Positions 9,981 to 20,000 of a stretch of DNA of 20,000 bases are shown here, piece after piece. The position numbers and the translations under genes are program-made. Below the pieces are notes generated by a model. The model made no database searches, had not been told where the DNA came from, and worked only from the letters and a program-made list of their open reading frames with translations. The stretch lies in NCBI GenBank assembly GCA_010015585.1, contig ML975155.1, one strand, 5' to 3'. The stretch's first letter is position 1, and each line of letters opens with the position of its first letter. The DNA is from Eremomyces bilateralis CBS 781.70 (Eukaryota).

Positions 9981-11247
9981 ATGACTGATTCCAGCAACTC
10001 AAGCGGCTATGAGAAGGCGTTTAAGGAACCCATTGTAGAATTGCGATGGTGTGAGTGCTGCGTCCGCCACGTCGCCGTCACTGCCTGGGCCTTCCACCTA
10101 AACACTCGCCTGCACGTAGAGAACGCAGCTAGGCGACCTTCTGCTCTGTCACTGGCACAGAACATTTCAGGGCTGTCGATCCGGATGGACGGGCCATCCG
10201 CAGCAGTGCCTGCACCAGTGCCGCCAGTGCCTGCACCAGCGCCAGCACCGACGCCAGTCCCAGCGTCGGCGTCTGCAGCCGCTCCTAGGACGGCCCTACC
10301 AATCGTGGCAACGCCCAATCCAACCACTGGACAAGAAAAAGCTACCAAAGCTGCTGGTTGGGGCGGGTACACCCACTCCGTCCTCCCGAAGACCAACGCC
10401 CATGTAGCACCTGCTAGACGAGCCGCCTATTTCGAGAACAAACCCATCGACGCCACTAGGCAGGAACATGTCGGCTATGGTGCCGCACCGCCATGGTCTG
10501 TTCGCCGCTTCGAAGGCAGTCAGCGTCGTGGCCGTGGCCGTGGCCGTGGCCGTGGCCGTGGCGATACGCGCTACGTCGGATACGCTGGAGCCATTACAGA
10601 GCCACGTTCGTGCTTCCTCTGTGGTAGCATGCAGCATATGTGCCGGTACTGTCCCATAAGCATGTGTTATGGGTGCAATCAACGTGAGTAAATCTCTTTG
10701 TGATCTGGTTAGGCGGAACACTTGATTGAATGACAACTAACAACAATTCAGGCGGCCATATGCGAGAAGACTGCCCGAACCTGCCAAGTCGGGCACGCCG
10801 AGGAGGGTCTTGCTGTAAGTATCAAATTCGCATATTATGAAAGTATGAAATGTTTTACTGAAAGCAATCATAGATGGACAATCCTCGGCTATGGCTAGCA
10901 CTCGTCAGTCAATGCCTCACGACAAAGACGCCCGACCAGGAGGCCTCGACTCCTTCCAGAACCTCCCTGAACCTGTGAGCCCATCATCGAGTACCTGGAG
11001 GCTGACTCCGGCCCCGGGACTCCTTCCCAAGCCACTCCGGGTCGAGCCGATCAGCTATCCAGGCTCACGGACCACTGCCGAGGCGATCACGACTGCCGTA
11101 CCCAAGCCGCAGCAAGCTCACAGCCGATTTGAGGAGGACCTCATCGACTTCGGCGATGAGGACACTCCGGACACCGGTGTTGCTGCTTTGAGTGCCGGGG
11201 GTCAAGTCACTCCGGTGGTGGAAGGGGAGAACCTGCTCATGGGCTAG
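9981..11247 (+). CDS. Putative RNA-binding protein of about 379 aa: U1/matrin-like C2H2 finger, Pro/Ala linker, RG tract and two CCHC zinc knuckles
   Basis: Exons 9981-10683, 10752-10814 and 10874-11247. Donors GTGAGT and GTAAGT, CTAAC branch in intron 1; 1140 nt in frame. WCECCVRHVAVTAWAFHLNTRLH fits Cx2C-x12-H-x5-H. CFLCGSMQHMCRYC fits Cx2Cx4Hx4C, as does CYGCNQRGHMREDC, which is formed only after splicing. A pyrimidine-rich promoter/5'UTR lies upstream. Confidence 0.8.
10527..10562 (+). repeat. Perfect (CGTGGC)6 coding hexanucleotide repeat encoding (RG)6
   Basis: Read directly from the sequence: six exact copies of cgtggc. Confidence 0.95.
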
Positions 11248-11833
11248 CACGGTGATGGGGGGTGGGTGGAGTAAGGGTATTCCTTGGGGTGGGGGCAGAT
11301 ATGTGTGCTTGGGGAAAAAGAAACATGGCGGGGGAGAGGGATTCATGAGGGAAAATGGACGAATAACTGCGACTTGTCAAAGCATCAAAGTCGGCCACTG
11401 CAAGCATACACGATATTCACATAAATGCTCGCCAACGCGATATCAAGGCTCAAAATCAGGTCTTACATAGAGGGTTAGCTGACACTGTTTTCACATAAAC
11501 ACCTGCAATGCGGGCATCCTGATGTACAATATAACGACATAGGAGAGGTATATCTCCCTTTGGTGCAAAAGTACATGAAAAGCATGGGATAGGTTCTTTC
11601 TTTCATTTAGTGCGAGCGTACACGAAAAGCATGGCAAAAGCAACTATTTCGGCAATTGCAGTGGTGGCACTTGCCTTCATTTCCTAAAATAAAATGAATG
11701 GACATGTCATCCGTGGATGGTTAAAGGAACCAAGGATTCCCTGCGCCTCGCTATGCGGTGATGTTGAATAAATTGGTGTGCTGCGTGGCTCCACGCTGCA
11801 ACCCACTGGTGCGTGAAATCGCCTTTAGCTTGA

Positions 11834-14800
11834 CTAGAAGAGCCCATCAATCTCACCAGTCTCGGGATCGACGTCGACGTTCAAATAGCCTGGGGCAGTT
11901 GGCAAGCCGGGGATGGTTTGAATGTCTGCAGCAAGAGCATACCTACGCACAAGTTAGTCCAGACTGCTTCTCAACCTCGCGTTCGAGTCGACTCGGGGAC
12001 TTACAGATATCCGGCACCCGCTGCCATCCGCACATCTCGAATCGGCACTGTAAACCCTTCCGGTGCACCTTTTAAAGCTGGGTCATGGCTGAGCGAATAC
12101 TGCGTCTTCGCCACGCAAATGGGCAGGTTCCCGAAACCTTGCTTCTGATACATATCGACCTTCTTCTGTGCGAGTTCGGAAAACTCTACTGCCGAGGCGC
12201 CGTAGAATGACTTCGCAATCTTGTCGATGCGCTCTTGGACGGTGCCTTCCAAGTCGTATAGGAGTTTGAAGTCAGGCTTCGGCTTCTCGGCAGCTTTCAG
12301 GATACCATGAGCAAGGTCCACAGCGCCCGCTCCGCCGTCTGCGAAATGCGTCGCGGGGATGGCATCGTCTGCACCAGCAGCGAGAGCTTCTTCGCGCACA
12401 ACGGCAATTTCAGCGTCCGTGTCGGTGTGGAAGCGGTTGATGGCAACAACAACTGGGACGCCGAAGGATTTAGCGTTGGCGATGTGTTTATTGAGGTTGA
12501 CGCATCCTTTACGAAGCAGGTCGATGTTTTCGGTGCGGTACACCTCTTGTAGTTGAGCGCCCGGGGTGATATCCGGACCGCCACCATGAACTTTGAGGGC
12601 ACGAACGGTGGCGACCACAACAACTGTGTCAGGGACAAGACCAGAGGAACGGCATTTGATGTTGAAGAAACGCTCGCCACCCATGGTGAAGTCGAATCCG
12701 GCCTCGGTGATGACCACGCCGGTCTTCTTGTTGTGATCTTCACCGGGTTCGGTACCGGCAAGTTTCAGGGCCAGTTTGTCGGCAAGGATGGACGAGGCAC
12801 CGATCGAAATATTGGCGAAGGGACCGGCATGCACGAAGACGGGCGTGCCTTCGAGCGTCTGCATGAGATTTGGCTTGATGGCATCCTTCATGAGCGCGGT
12901 GAGCGCTCCCCCTGCGCCGAGATCATCGCAAGTGACGGGATCACCGCTTCTTGAGCTGGCAACAACCATTTTGCCTAGACGTTCCCGCATATCCGCGAGC
13001 GAGTTGCTAAGAGCCAGCACGGCCATGCACTCGCTGGCGACCGAGATGTCAAATCCGGTCACGCGTGTTTGGCCCTTCTCAGTGCCTGCTTGACCGACCG
13101 TGATCCCTCGAAGGTGGCGGTCGTTGACGTCGAGCACTCGTCGCCAAGTGATGGTATCAGGGTCAATGTCAAGGCGAGCAAACTTCCTAATCTCTTCTTC
13201 TGTGAGCTCATCCGGGTTCGTCTTGTCAATCCCAAGCTTCTTGAGCCTCCGGAACATGATAGGCACAAATTGCCGTTTCCCACCCTTGGTAGGGACCAAT
13301 CGACGGTATAGGGCAGCATCTTTCTGCGAGTTCTCATGGAACATCCTTGTTTCGATCGCTGCTGCAAGGAGGTTGTTGGCAGCCGTGATGGCATGGATAT
13401 CTCCGGTTAGATGCAGATTGAACTCGTCCATCGGGATGACTTGACTGTATCCTCCGCCAGCGGCACCACCTTTGATTCCGAAGGTTGGACCTTGACTCGG
13501 CTGTCGAACATTTGCAAAGCAAATTCGGTCGAGGTGGCCGGCGATGGCTTGACTGAGACCCATAGTGGTCGTGGACTTTCCCTCGCCAAGCGGGGTTGGG
13601 GTGATTCCAGTTACGACGATATATCTACCGTTTCTTCTATGCTCCAGTCTTTTGAGAATATTGAGGTCAACTTTGGCCTTGAAAGCGCCATATGGCTCGA
13701 GTTCATGAGGTGCGATCCCTACTTCCTTTGCCACTAGACCGATGAGTTTAGGTATTTGGGACCGCGATATCGCAATATCCGATGGAATGGGGCGTTCCAA
13801 CTTGAGTGGCAAGGGGGTAATGTGCCTCTGATGCTGTCTTTCGAAGTATGCATCGGCTGCATCGACAACGTTCTGAAGGAGCATGGCCACAGTCATTGGT
13901 CCCACACCACCAGGGACGGGCGTGATAGCCGAAACCACTTGTGAAGCGCTCTCAAAGTCAACGTCTCCGACAAGTCGCTGGCCGGACTTCTTGGTCGAGT
14001 CGGGAATGTAATTCGTGCCAACGTCAATGACTACGGCGCCCGGCTTCAGCCATTCACCCTGAACAAAACCCGGTTTCCCGATGGCGGCAACCAGGATATC
14101 GGCTCGCTTGATGATCTCCGGTAGGTTCTGGGTTTGAGAATGGCATACAGTCACGGTCGCATCGGCGGATTTGAGGAGGTAGCTCACGGGGCTGCCGACG
14201 ATATCGCTGCGCCCTAGGACGACCGCATCCTTGCCTGCCAGTTCCACACCGGCTTCCTTTAGGAGCACCATGACACCTTTCGGCGTGCACGGCGTGAACA
14301 GAGGCGTTCCGCCCCGCTTCGCCAATTCTCCCACGTTCGCAACTCCAAAACCGTCGACATCTTTCTCGTCAGCGACGTAGGAGGTGACCGTATGCTCAGA
14401 GATGTGTTTCGGTAAGGGCAACTGGACGAGAATGCCGTGGACAGTGGTTTCGTTGTTGAACTTCGTGATTTGCTGAAGCAGCTCTGCCTCTGAGATGGTC
14501 TCGGGATACTTCTCCAAGCTACAAACAATATTCGCCTAAATACTGGTAAGTGATCGGAATAGATTCCCAAAATTCGGATCATATACCTCCTCTGCAGCTT
14601 TCAATTTCATGCGAACATAGGTGCTTGAGTCCGCACGGTCACCGACCTGGACAATCACCAACGAAGGATTATATCTCGGGTTTTCATCCTGCTTCCTTCG
14701 GATTTCAGCACCCAAGCCTTCTCGGATTCCCTTCGCAATAGCGGTGCCGTCAATCTTAGTAGCTGCCATTTTCTCAGACGCCGACCACAATGATCTCACT

Positions 14801-14991
14801 GATGGTGAAGCAATTGAGGGGAGGTTGACGGGACGAGAGGGACAGCCGGTAAGCGGAGGGGTTCGAACAGATGGAACGATAGTAGCTTTTGCAAGCACAT
14901 GCAACCCTGCACCACGCAAGAGAGCTTTCGGCGGTTTTCCCCGCAGTGAATAGGAACGAGATACCGCTTTCGCTCTGCAGATCGCTAGCAT
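11834..14991 (-). CDS. ADE3: C1-tetrahydrofolate synthase (methylene-THF dehydrogenase/cyclohydrolase plus formyl-THF synthetase), ADE3/MIS1 orthologue
   Basis: Exons 14991 (or 14769)-14587, 14535-12005 and 11942-11834. Motifs [65 protein letters not shown] and HAGPFANI. The last exon gives [35 protein letters not shown]. Length is 940 aa from ATG 14769 and 1014 aa from ATG 14991. Confidence 0.97.
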
Positions 14992-15109
14992 CGTGTCAAC
15001 AGACCGGGAAATGGAAGTGCAGGCGATAGCGCCCCGATTGTGAGCAATTGAATTCCAAGAGCCATTGTTTCTCAGCCCTTTTGCATTTTGTACATTTCGC
15101 ACATCGCAG

Positions 15110-15116
15110 TGAGTCA
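15110..15116 (-). promoter_or_regulatory. Gcn4/CpcA (AP-1) consensus TGACTCA, which also contains the Bas1 core TGACTC, upstream of ADE3
   Basis: TGAGTCA on the plus strand at 15110-15116, about 120 bp upstream of the first ADE3 ATG. Purine and one-carbon genes are Gcn4/Bas1 targets in yeast. Confidence 0.5.
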
Positions 15117-15333
15117 ACAGTGGACACTGGATCGTGGTACAGTTAGCGGGCTGGTCTCGTCTGGTCCGTCTAGCTCTGGTAAATTTTCGTGCTGGAACCA
15201 CAGAGCGGAGATGGTCTGCTTTCCGCTCCTCATGGGCGGATCCGCTTGTTTCGTGGAATGTGTCCGATGGCGGAGCGGAATTATTCACGGGACCTGTCCA
15301 CCGCCAGTCCACATTCCACATTACCTCAGCAAG

Positions 15334-15421
15334 CTCAGGCTATTTGTGGTCGTGCCAAGGCACCGGAGCGGACTATACCTAATCGGTAAGTCACATGTGC
15401 TCCTCGAACAAATAGCCTGAG
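15334..15421. repeat. Perfect 14-bp inverted repeat with a 60-bp spacer
   Basis: CTCAGGCTATTTGT (15334-15347) is the exact reverse complement of ACAAATAGCCTGAG (15408-15421). Confidence 0.85.
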
Positions 15422-15580
15422 GATTCTGTCCACCTATTTCGGCGTGTGCCGTGAACTTTCATGCCAAATAGAAGACCATCTTTAACTCCATTTTTATCCA
15501 CAACCACATGGTGCATCATCAATTGAATACATCCATTCGATTCCTCTGGGCTTTTTCCATAATTGATTGAATTTTGGGCC

Positions 15581-18308
15581 ATGTCGGCCCAAAACCAGCG
15601 TCGTCAGAGTGCGCGGTTGAACCCGCCCATCTTGCCTCCCGCTCCAAGTCCTCGGCATATTGCTGCTTCAAACACATCTAATGCACCTCGTCAGAAAGTA
15701 AGAAGGTCTCAAAGACGCAGTAAAGCGCAGAGAGTAAACGAGATATGCCAATTCATGCGGAAAAAAAAAATTACATTACGAGAATTTATCCATGTCTACG
15801 CGACGACTCAAGGGTCTGGTGGTTATGGAGAGCGCCCTGCCACGCGTGCCAAACGGCTCGCCGAGGCCGTCTACGGTCAACCAGAGGTCTTAGACGCGCT
15901 GCAAGAACACCCCGCGTCTGGTGCGACAGGAATTGTCACTGTAAAGGGTCTGAGGAAGGAAATGAAGGCACTGGAAGAAGCCGGAGGTATGTTTAGTGCC
16001 TACCAAGTCGACCGTGTCCAAGAGAGAACTTCACCTGCCGGCATGGGAAGGGAGAAAGAGCCAGAGGGACAGAAAGTCGAGGACTACGAGCGTATACTGG
16101 GCGATATGCAGTTTGGGCAGATGTACGAGCAAGTTAACACTCATGCTCCTCTTCTATGTGGATTGCTTAATGGCATCATGGCGCCCAAGAGAGAGAGAAA
16201 AGATCGATCACTACGGGACCCTGTCAAATTCAACCACAGGATTGCGATAATCACGTCGATTCTCTGCTATTCTCGGGCGTCGGAAGGGAGCAACAAGTTT
16301 CCCCGCGTATTTGGTGCCTTTCTGCACTCAAATGGCGTGAAACGGCGTATCCTCGATCTTCTTCACCAGTTTGGGGTTTGTGAAGGCTACAAGGGAGTCC
16401 ACAGACATCTCGAAACCGTGGCAGAACAAGCAAAGGCATCTTCACCGCCTCTCAGCATAGACGTCGACTGATTGCAACTAGGGAACGGTCCGTCGATATG
16501 GTCAGCAACTAGATGCCTGTGTTGTGTATGACAATTTCGACTATCGAGAAGGTATTAAGCACCAGCTCATTTCAAATCATGCAGAAATGCGCTCTGTGAC
16601 AACGGGAAAGGTTTTCAGAGGCGCCGATATCCCCTCTGGTGGTTTAAAGCAGTCAATGCTGCACCGCGAGGTTCCACTTACAATAGAGGATCTTCTATAC
16701 TCTCCTGGTGCAGCAGTATATGACGAGACCGCCGCCAAGATTGATACCTACTTTATAGCGGAGGCAATTCGATCGGTATATCCACTCGCGATCAAATCTA
16801 TCTTCTCTACGTCCGGTATACCTTACCCCGCTATGCCAACAGTCGAGTTACTCGAGCTTCGAAAGACAGACAGCAAGACGCTCGGTCCGATTCTCTTCAA
16901 CGAAGGTACTCTAGATGGCTCCTACGAGGTTATAGAGAGCATCTACAAGCACCAATTCCAACTAGATAATAAAGAATTCGACAACCGTCTGTTCTTGGCG
17001 TTTGGCGATCAAAAAACCTCTTCACTTATCCGATCTATGCAGGCTGAGCAAGTCGACGCGTCTATGGCGTATGATAGAAAAGACTGGCTGATAGGAGTCG
17101 CTGCTCTCTTTCACCTGCGTATGAATTTTCTATGGCTTATGCAAAAGACACATTACGGAAACATGGAGCAACAGGACGCTTCAACTCTCTATCACAACAT
17201 CAACTTCTGGGGACGAAAGAATATTCCAGCGGACCGTGCAGCTTTTCAGGTTCTAGAAGAGCTAGTGCTTCACAGTTTCGACGCTCGAGTTGTTGGACTA
17301 CTTTATACTCGCCTCGAGCAGTACGGCATCGATATCTCCGATCAAGAGGGGGTTGACAAGGCAATTCGGAACATGGATACTAGAGGGTTCATGGAACTGG
17401 TGGAGGATGTTCGCAGATCCGCATTTGAGCCGGAAGCCTGGCGACCATCGAAGGAGAAGCATACCAACAATACAGTCGATGAGGAGTTCCTTAGTCATGC
17501 TCGATACCTTCAACAAATGGTTGTGTACAAGACCTTGAAGTACGGCATCAAAAACGGAGATATAGGACTCATCGACCGAGTCATTGGTGTCTGTTGCTTT
17601 TACTTCGAGGGGACTGGACAATCAAACTACGCATTCGAAATGCTCTATCTAAAGCGGCTCACTAGCACCAAAGCTTGTGACAAGGAGCTTCGGCGCGCAA
17701 TACTCTCGAATAGCCTCGTTAACCCGCATGGCTGTCGGGACACCTGGCAAGAAGTCGATCGTAGCCTTGAATATCTGAACCTGGAGCTGAAAAGAGAGCT
17801 TTGGGCCCGTCGAACGTCGACTTTCGGATTGGATGCTCTGTTCAAGACTACCTCATTAACGGCAGAATATACTGTTTGTCTACGCAGGGCAGTAGAGGAC
17901 GCATTCGCCCGGAAGGGCAACTCCACACATTCTGTGCCCTCCGCGATGGATGATATTCATACATTAGCCTTTGAGCTGGCATGCGACTCGATTAAATTTT
18001 ATGACGGCGGCAGGGAGGCAAGACATCAAGCACCAGACATACATACGATCGGGCTCGGAAGAGTAGCAACTCAAAAATTGGAGGTGTTTAATGCAAAGGT
18101 CATAAGAGATGAAGATCGAATAGTCGTACCACCTTATGAGAGGAGAGGAGCCACGGCTGATTTAGATCCTAATAGCGACACGATGGCGATATTGGTATGC
18201 GCATGCTCATGGAGTTTCTAGTCTCGTGCTAACAGACGTCGCCAGCCCTTGGCAGACAGAGATGTAGCCCATGAATGGGGTTTACCTTCGGACGTCGAGT
18301 CAGAGTAA
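15581..18308 (+). CDS. DUF6589-like putative Academ transposase of about 876 aa
   Basis: The two track ORFs join as exons 15581-16435, 16482-18194 and 18246-18308. Intron 1 has a CTGAT branch, a TAG acceptor and a weak GC (or upstream GT) donor. Intron 2 is GTATGC..GCTAAC..CAG. Motifs: GAFLHSNGVKRRILDLLHQFGVC, YDNFD, FGDQKT, LFHLRMN, KNGDIG, NYAFEML and VNPHG...EVDRSLEYLN. Confidence 0.75.
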
Positions 18309-18373
18309 CCTATCTATAATGTCCACTCGCTGTGGTTGTAGCGGCTATTATTCCCTTTCTTGTTGCGAGGGCT

Positions 18374-20000
18374 TCACCTTGCGTTAGAGTCTAGAACGCC
18401 GAGGACGACCCGTTTCGTTTCTACTTCCCCCCCCCGGGTTAATATGGGACGTTTCAAGGCCCGATTACCATCAATTACACCTGATACCTCATTCTCGCCG
18501 TCTTCGAGAACACCTGACCTAGCAGAAGAATAATCTACGTTTGTAGATGTCATCAACCTACCCATAGATGTAAATGACGAGTTCGCTGATACTATGGTCA
18601 TTGGTAGGGTAGGTAGATGGGAAGAGCACGAGGCTGACACCTCCCTTGCCTGAGCAATGATCCGCTCTAGCGAGGAAACGTACTCTTCTCGCTCACGCGC
18701 GAGTAATACTCTTCGTTCCTGATCAGGAGTTATCAGAGTCTCTGCTTCTATAGACAATCTTCTCTTCCGACCTCTGTGTTGAGATACTTGCTGTTCGACT
18801 GTGGGATGAGCGTGTTCGAATGGCGCCCTTCGTATTGGAACTTGAGCTGCCGCTGCGGTTCCTGGTGTATAGCGTCCGGGCCAGTTCCTCACTACATAGG
18901 ACTTGATTTTATTGAACTCTTCGAACAGCTTATGGGAATGGTCTTTCATCTAAGCCGATTTCGTAAACTTCTCTAACTCAGCAGCCGAGCGGATGTTCGT
19001 ATACTCTCTCGATATTGATATCTACTCTTCCTTCGGCGCGAATAACCGTGCTGAGAGTTCTGGCTTCATCATCCGATGTGCCGAATTCACAACGTTATCT
19101 CCCCAGAGGGTCAGGCGGTTATAAAATGCGCCGGATGCCGTTCCAGTCTGGGGCTTACGAAGACCAGTTGTGGTATCCCATGGGAAAGGTACCGCCCGCG
19201 CCAGATCTGGGTTACAGACATTACAGCACTCCTGCGGTTCAGGAGCCGGTAACCTAGATGCTGGATCCGATAGACTCTCTTGTAGCCAATCCATTAGGAT
19301 TCGGCGTAGGCATGCGGATCGATTAACAAGATTGAATAGCGCCGGACAGTCATCGTGTAGGTCTGTTCGGCGTTCTCTCTCCGTTTTGCGTCGGTGCTGC
19401 TCTCCTGGTATATCATATTTAATGGCGTCTACGGCAATATCCGATTCATCATCTAGGATGTCACCGCCCACTCCTGGATCAGCAGAGTACGACTGAGCTA
19501 ACCGGCTCGTGTTGGAAGGCCGTCTTAAACACGACGGCGTCTGAGTTCTGGATAGAAGCGCCGGTCTTGTCGATAAGATCCTGTCACCTATCGCCCAACT
19601 TTCCACCAAGAAGATGGCCTCTCCTTTAATGCCAGCCATCCTAGCTGCACGGCCAAATCGTTGGATAAGGACGCATAAGAGTCGTTCCAGAGGGAAGCCG
19701 TATTGGACAACTCGTGTGACATCCGAGAGATCTACCCCCGTTCCTAATGATTCTGTGGCCACCATAATTCGGATCTTAGAGTCCGCTTTGGAAAACTGGT
19801 CGTATATAGCATTCTTGTCGTTTGGAGTAGTGTGTGAATGGTAGACCTGGATAATCTGCTTGCAGTCGTGGGCCCCGACGGCCCCAGCTGAGAGTTTCTG
19901 TAGCCAGCCTCGCAGACATTCCGCACATTTTTGGATATCACGTCGGGAGTCTATAAAGATTATAGTCTTCGGAATTCGTTCCGGCGTTGGCGAGCCGTTT
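18374..20000 (-). pseudogene. RecQ-like superfamily 2 helicase, C-terminal half, interrupted by two in-frame TAG codons; 5' part outside the window
   Basis: The frame is open from 19999: IPKTIIFIDS (motif IV), QVYHSHTT, IMVATESLGTGVD (motif V), IQRFGRAAR (motif VI), then the Zn-binding RQC-like CLRRILM...CCNVC. The same frame continues through TAG 19024-19022 and TAG 18952-18950 into the 191-aa ORF ending at 18374. Confidence 0.75.

Larger units (their letters stand above)
15413..20000. mobile_element. Probable AcademH-type DNA transposon (transposase plus RecQ-like helicase, convergent); left boundary tentative, right end outside the window
   Basis: A DUF6589-like putative transposase on + and an SF2 RecQ-like helicase on - are arranged tail to tail, with 65 bp between their stop codons. 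This pair matches the gene content described for AcademH. The helicase carries RIP-type nonsense changes, consistent with a repeated sequence. Confidence 0.72.

Noticed and set aside
9981..11247. Retrotransposon gag because of the CCHC knuckles
   Set aside because: Two spliceosomal introns, and no protease, RT, integrase or LTRs nearby.
12297..14582. Many alternative-frame and antisense ORFs over ADE3
   Set aside because: Shadows of a strongly codon-biased housekeeping gene.
14992..15321. Upstream extension of the 261-aa minus-strand ORF (MWNVDWRW...)
   Set aside because: Not similar to C1-THF synthase or to a presequence; it covers the likely promoter including the TGACTCA site.
18374..20000. 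Calling the helicase host SGS1/RecQ, a telomere-linked helicase or a Helitron
   Set aside because: The motifs are divergent SF2 type, not Pif1/SF1 as in Helitrons. No telomeric repeats are visible, nonsense codons are present, and the tight pairing with a DUF6589-like gene fits a transposon better.
1..20000. tRNA, rRNA, CRISPR array or prokaryotic operon-type systems
   Set aside because: The sequence is eukaryotic and intron-containing; I saw no cloverleaf, rRNA-like segment or repeat-spacer array.

Overview
Filamentous-ascomycete (Pezizomycotina-type) genomic DNA with short spliceosomal introns (GT-AG, CTRAC branch points). The ORF track under-calls the genes, so I rebuilt them by hand. From left to right: (1) a minus-strand gene running off the left edge, with a DXO/Rai1-like PD-(D/E)XK motif set spliced to a BTB-like segment. 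(2) A divergent, apparently truncated TPR(-SET)-type gene. (3) EMP65/TAPT1 (DUF747). (4) A 5-exon secreted Cys-rich protein with two apple/PAN-like repeats. (5) About 2.4 kb without a clear gene. (6) A 3-exon putative RNA-binding protein with a U1-type C2H2 finger, an (RG)6 tract and two CCHC knuckles. (7) C1-tetrahydrofolate synthase (ADE3/MIS1) with an in-frame mitochondrial presequence and an upstream TGACTCA site. (8) From about 15.4 kb to the right edge, a probable AcademH-type DNA transposon: a DUF6589-like putative transposase convergent with a RecQ-like SF2 helicase, the helicase being interrupted by two RIP-type TAG stops. All family assignments come from motif recognition, not from database searches.
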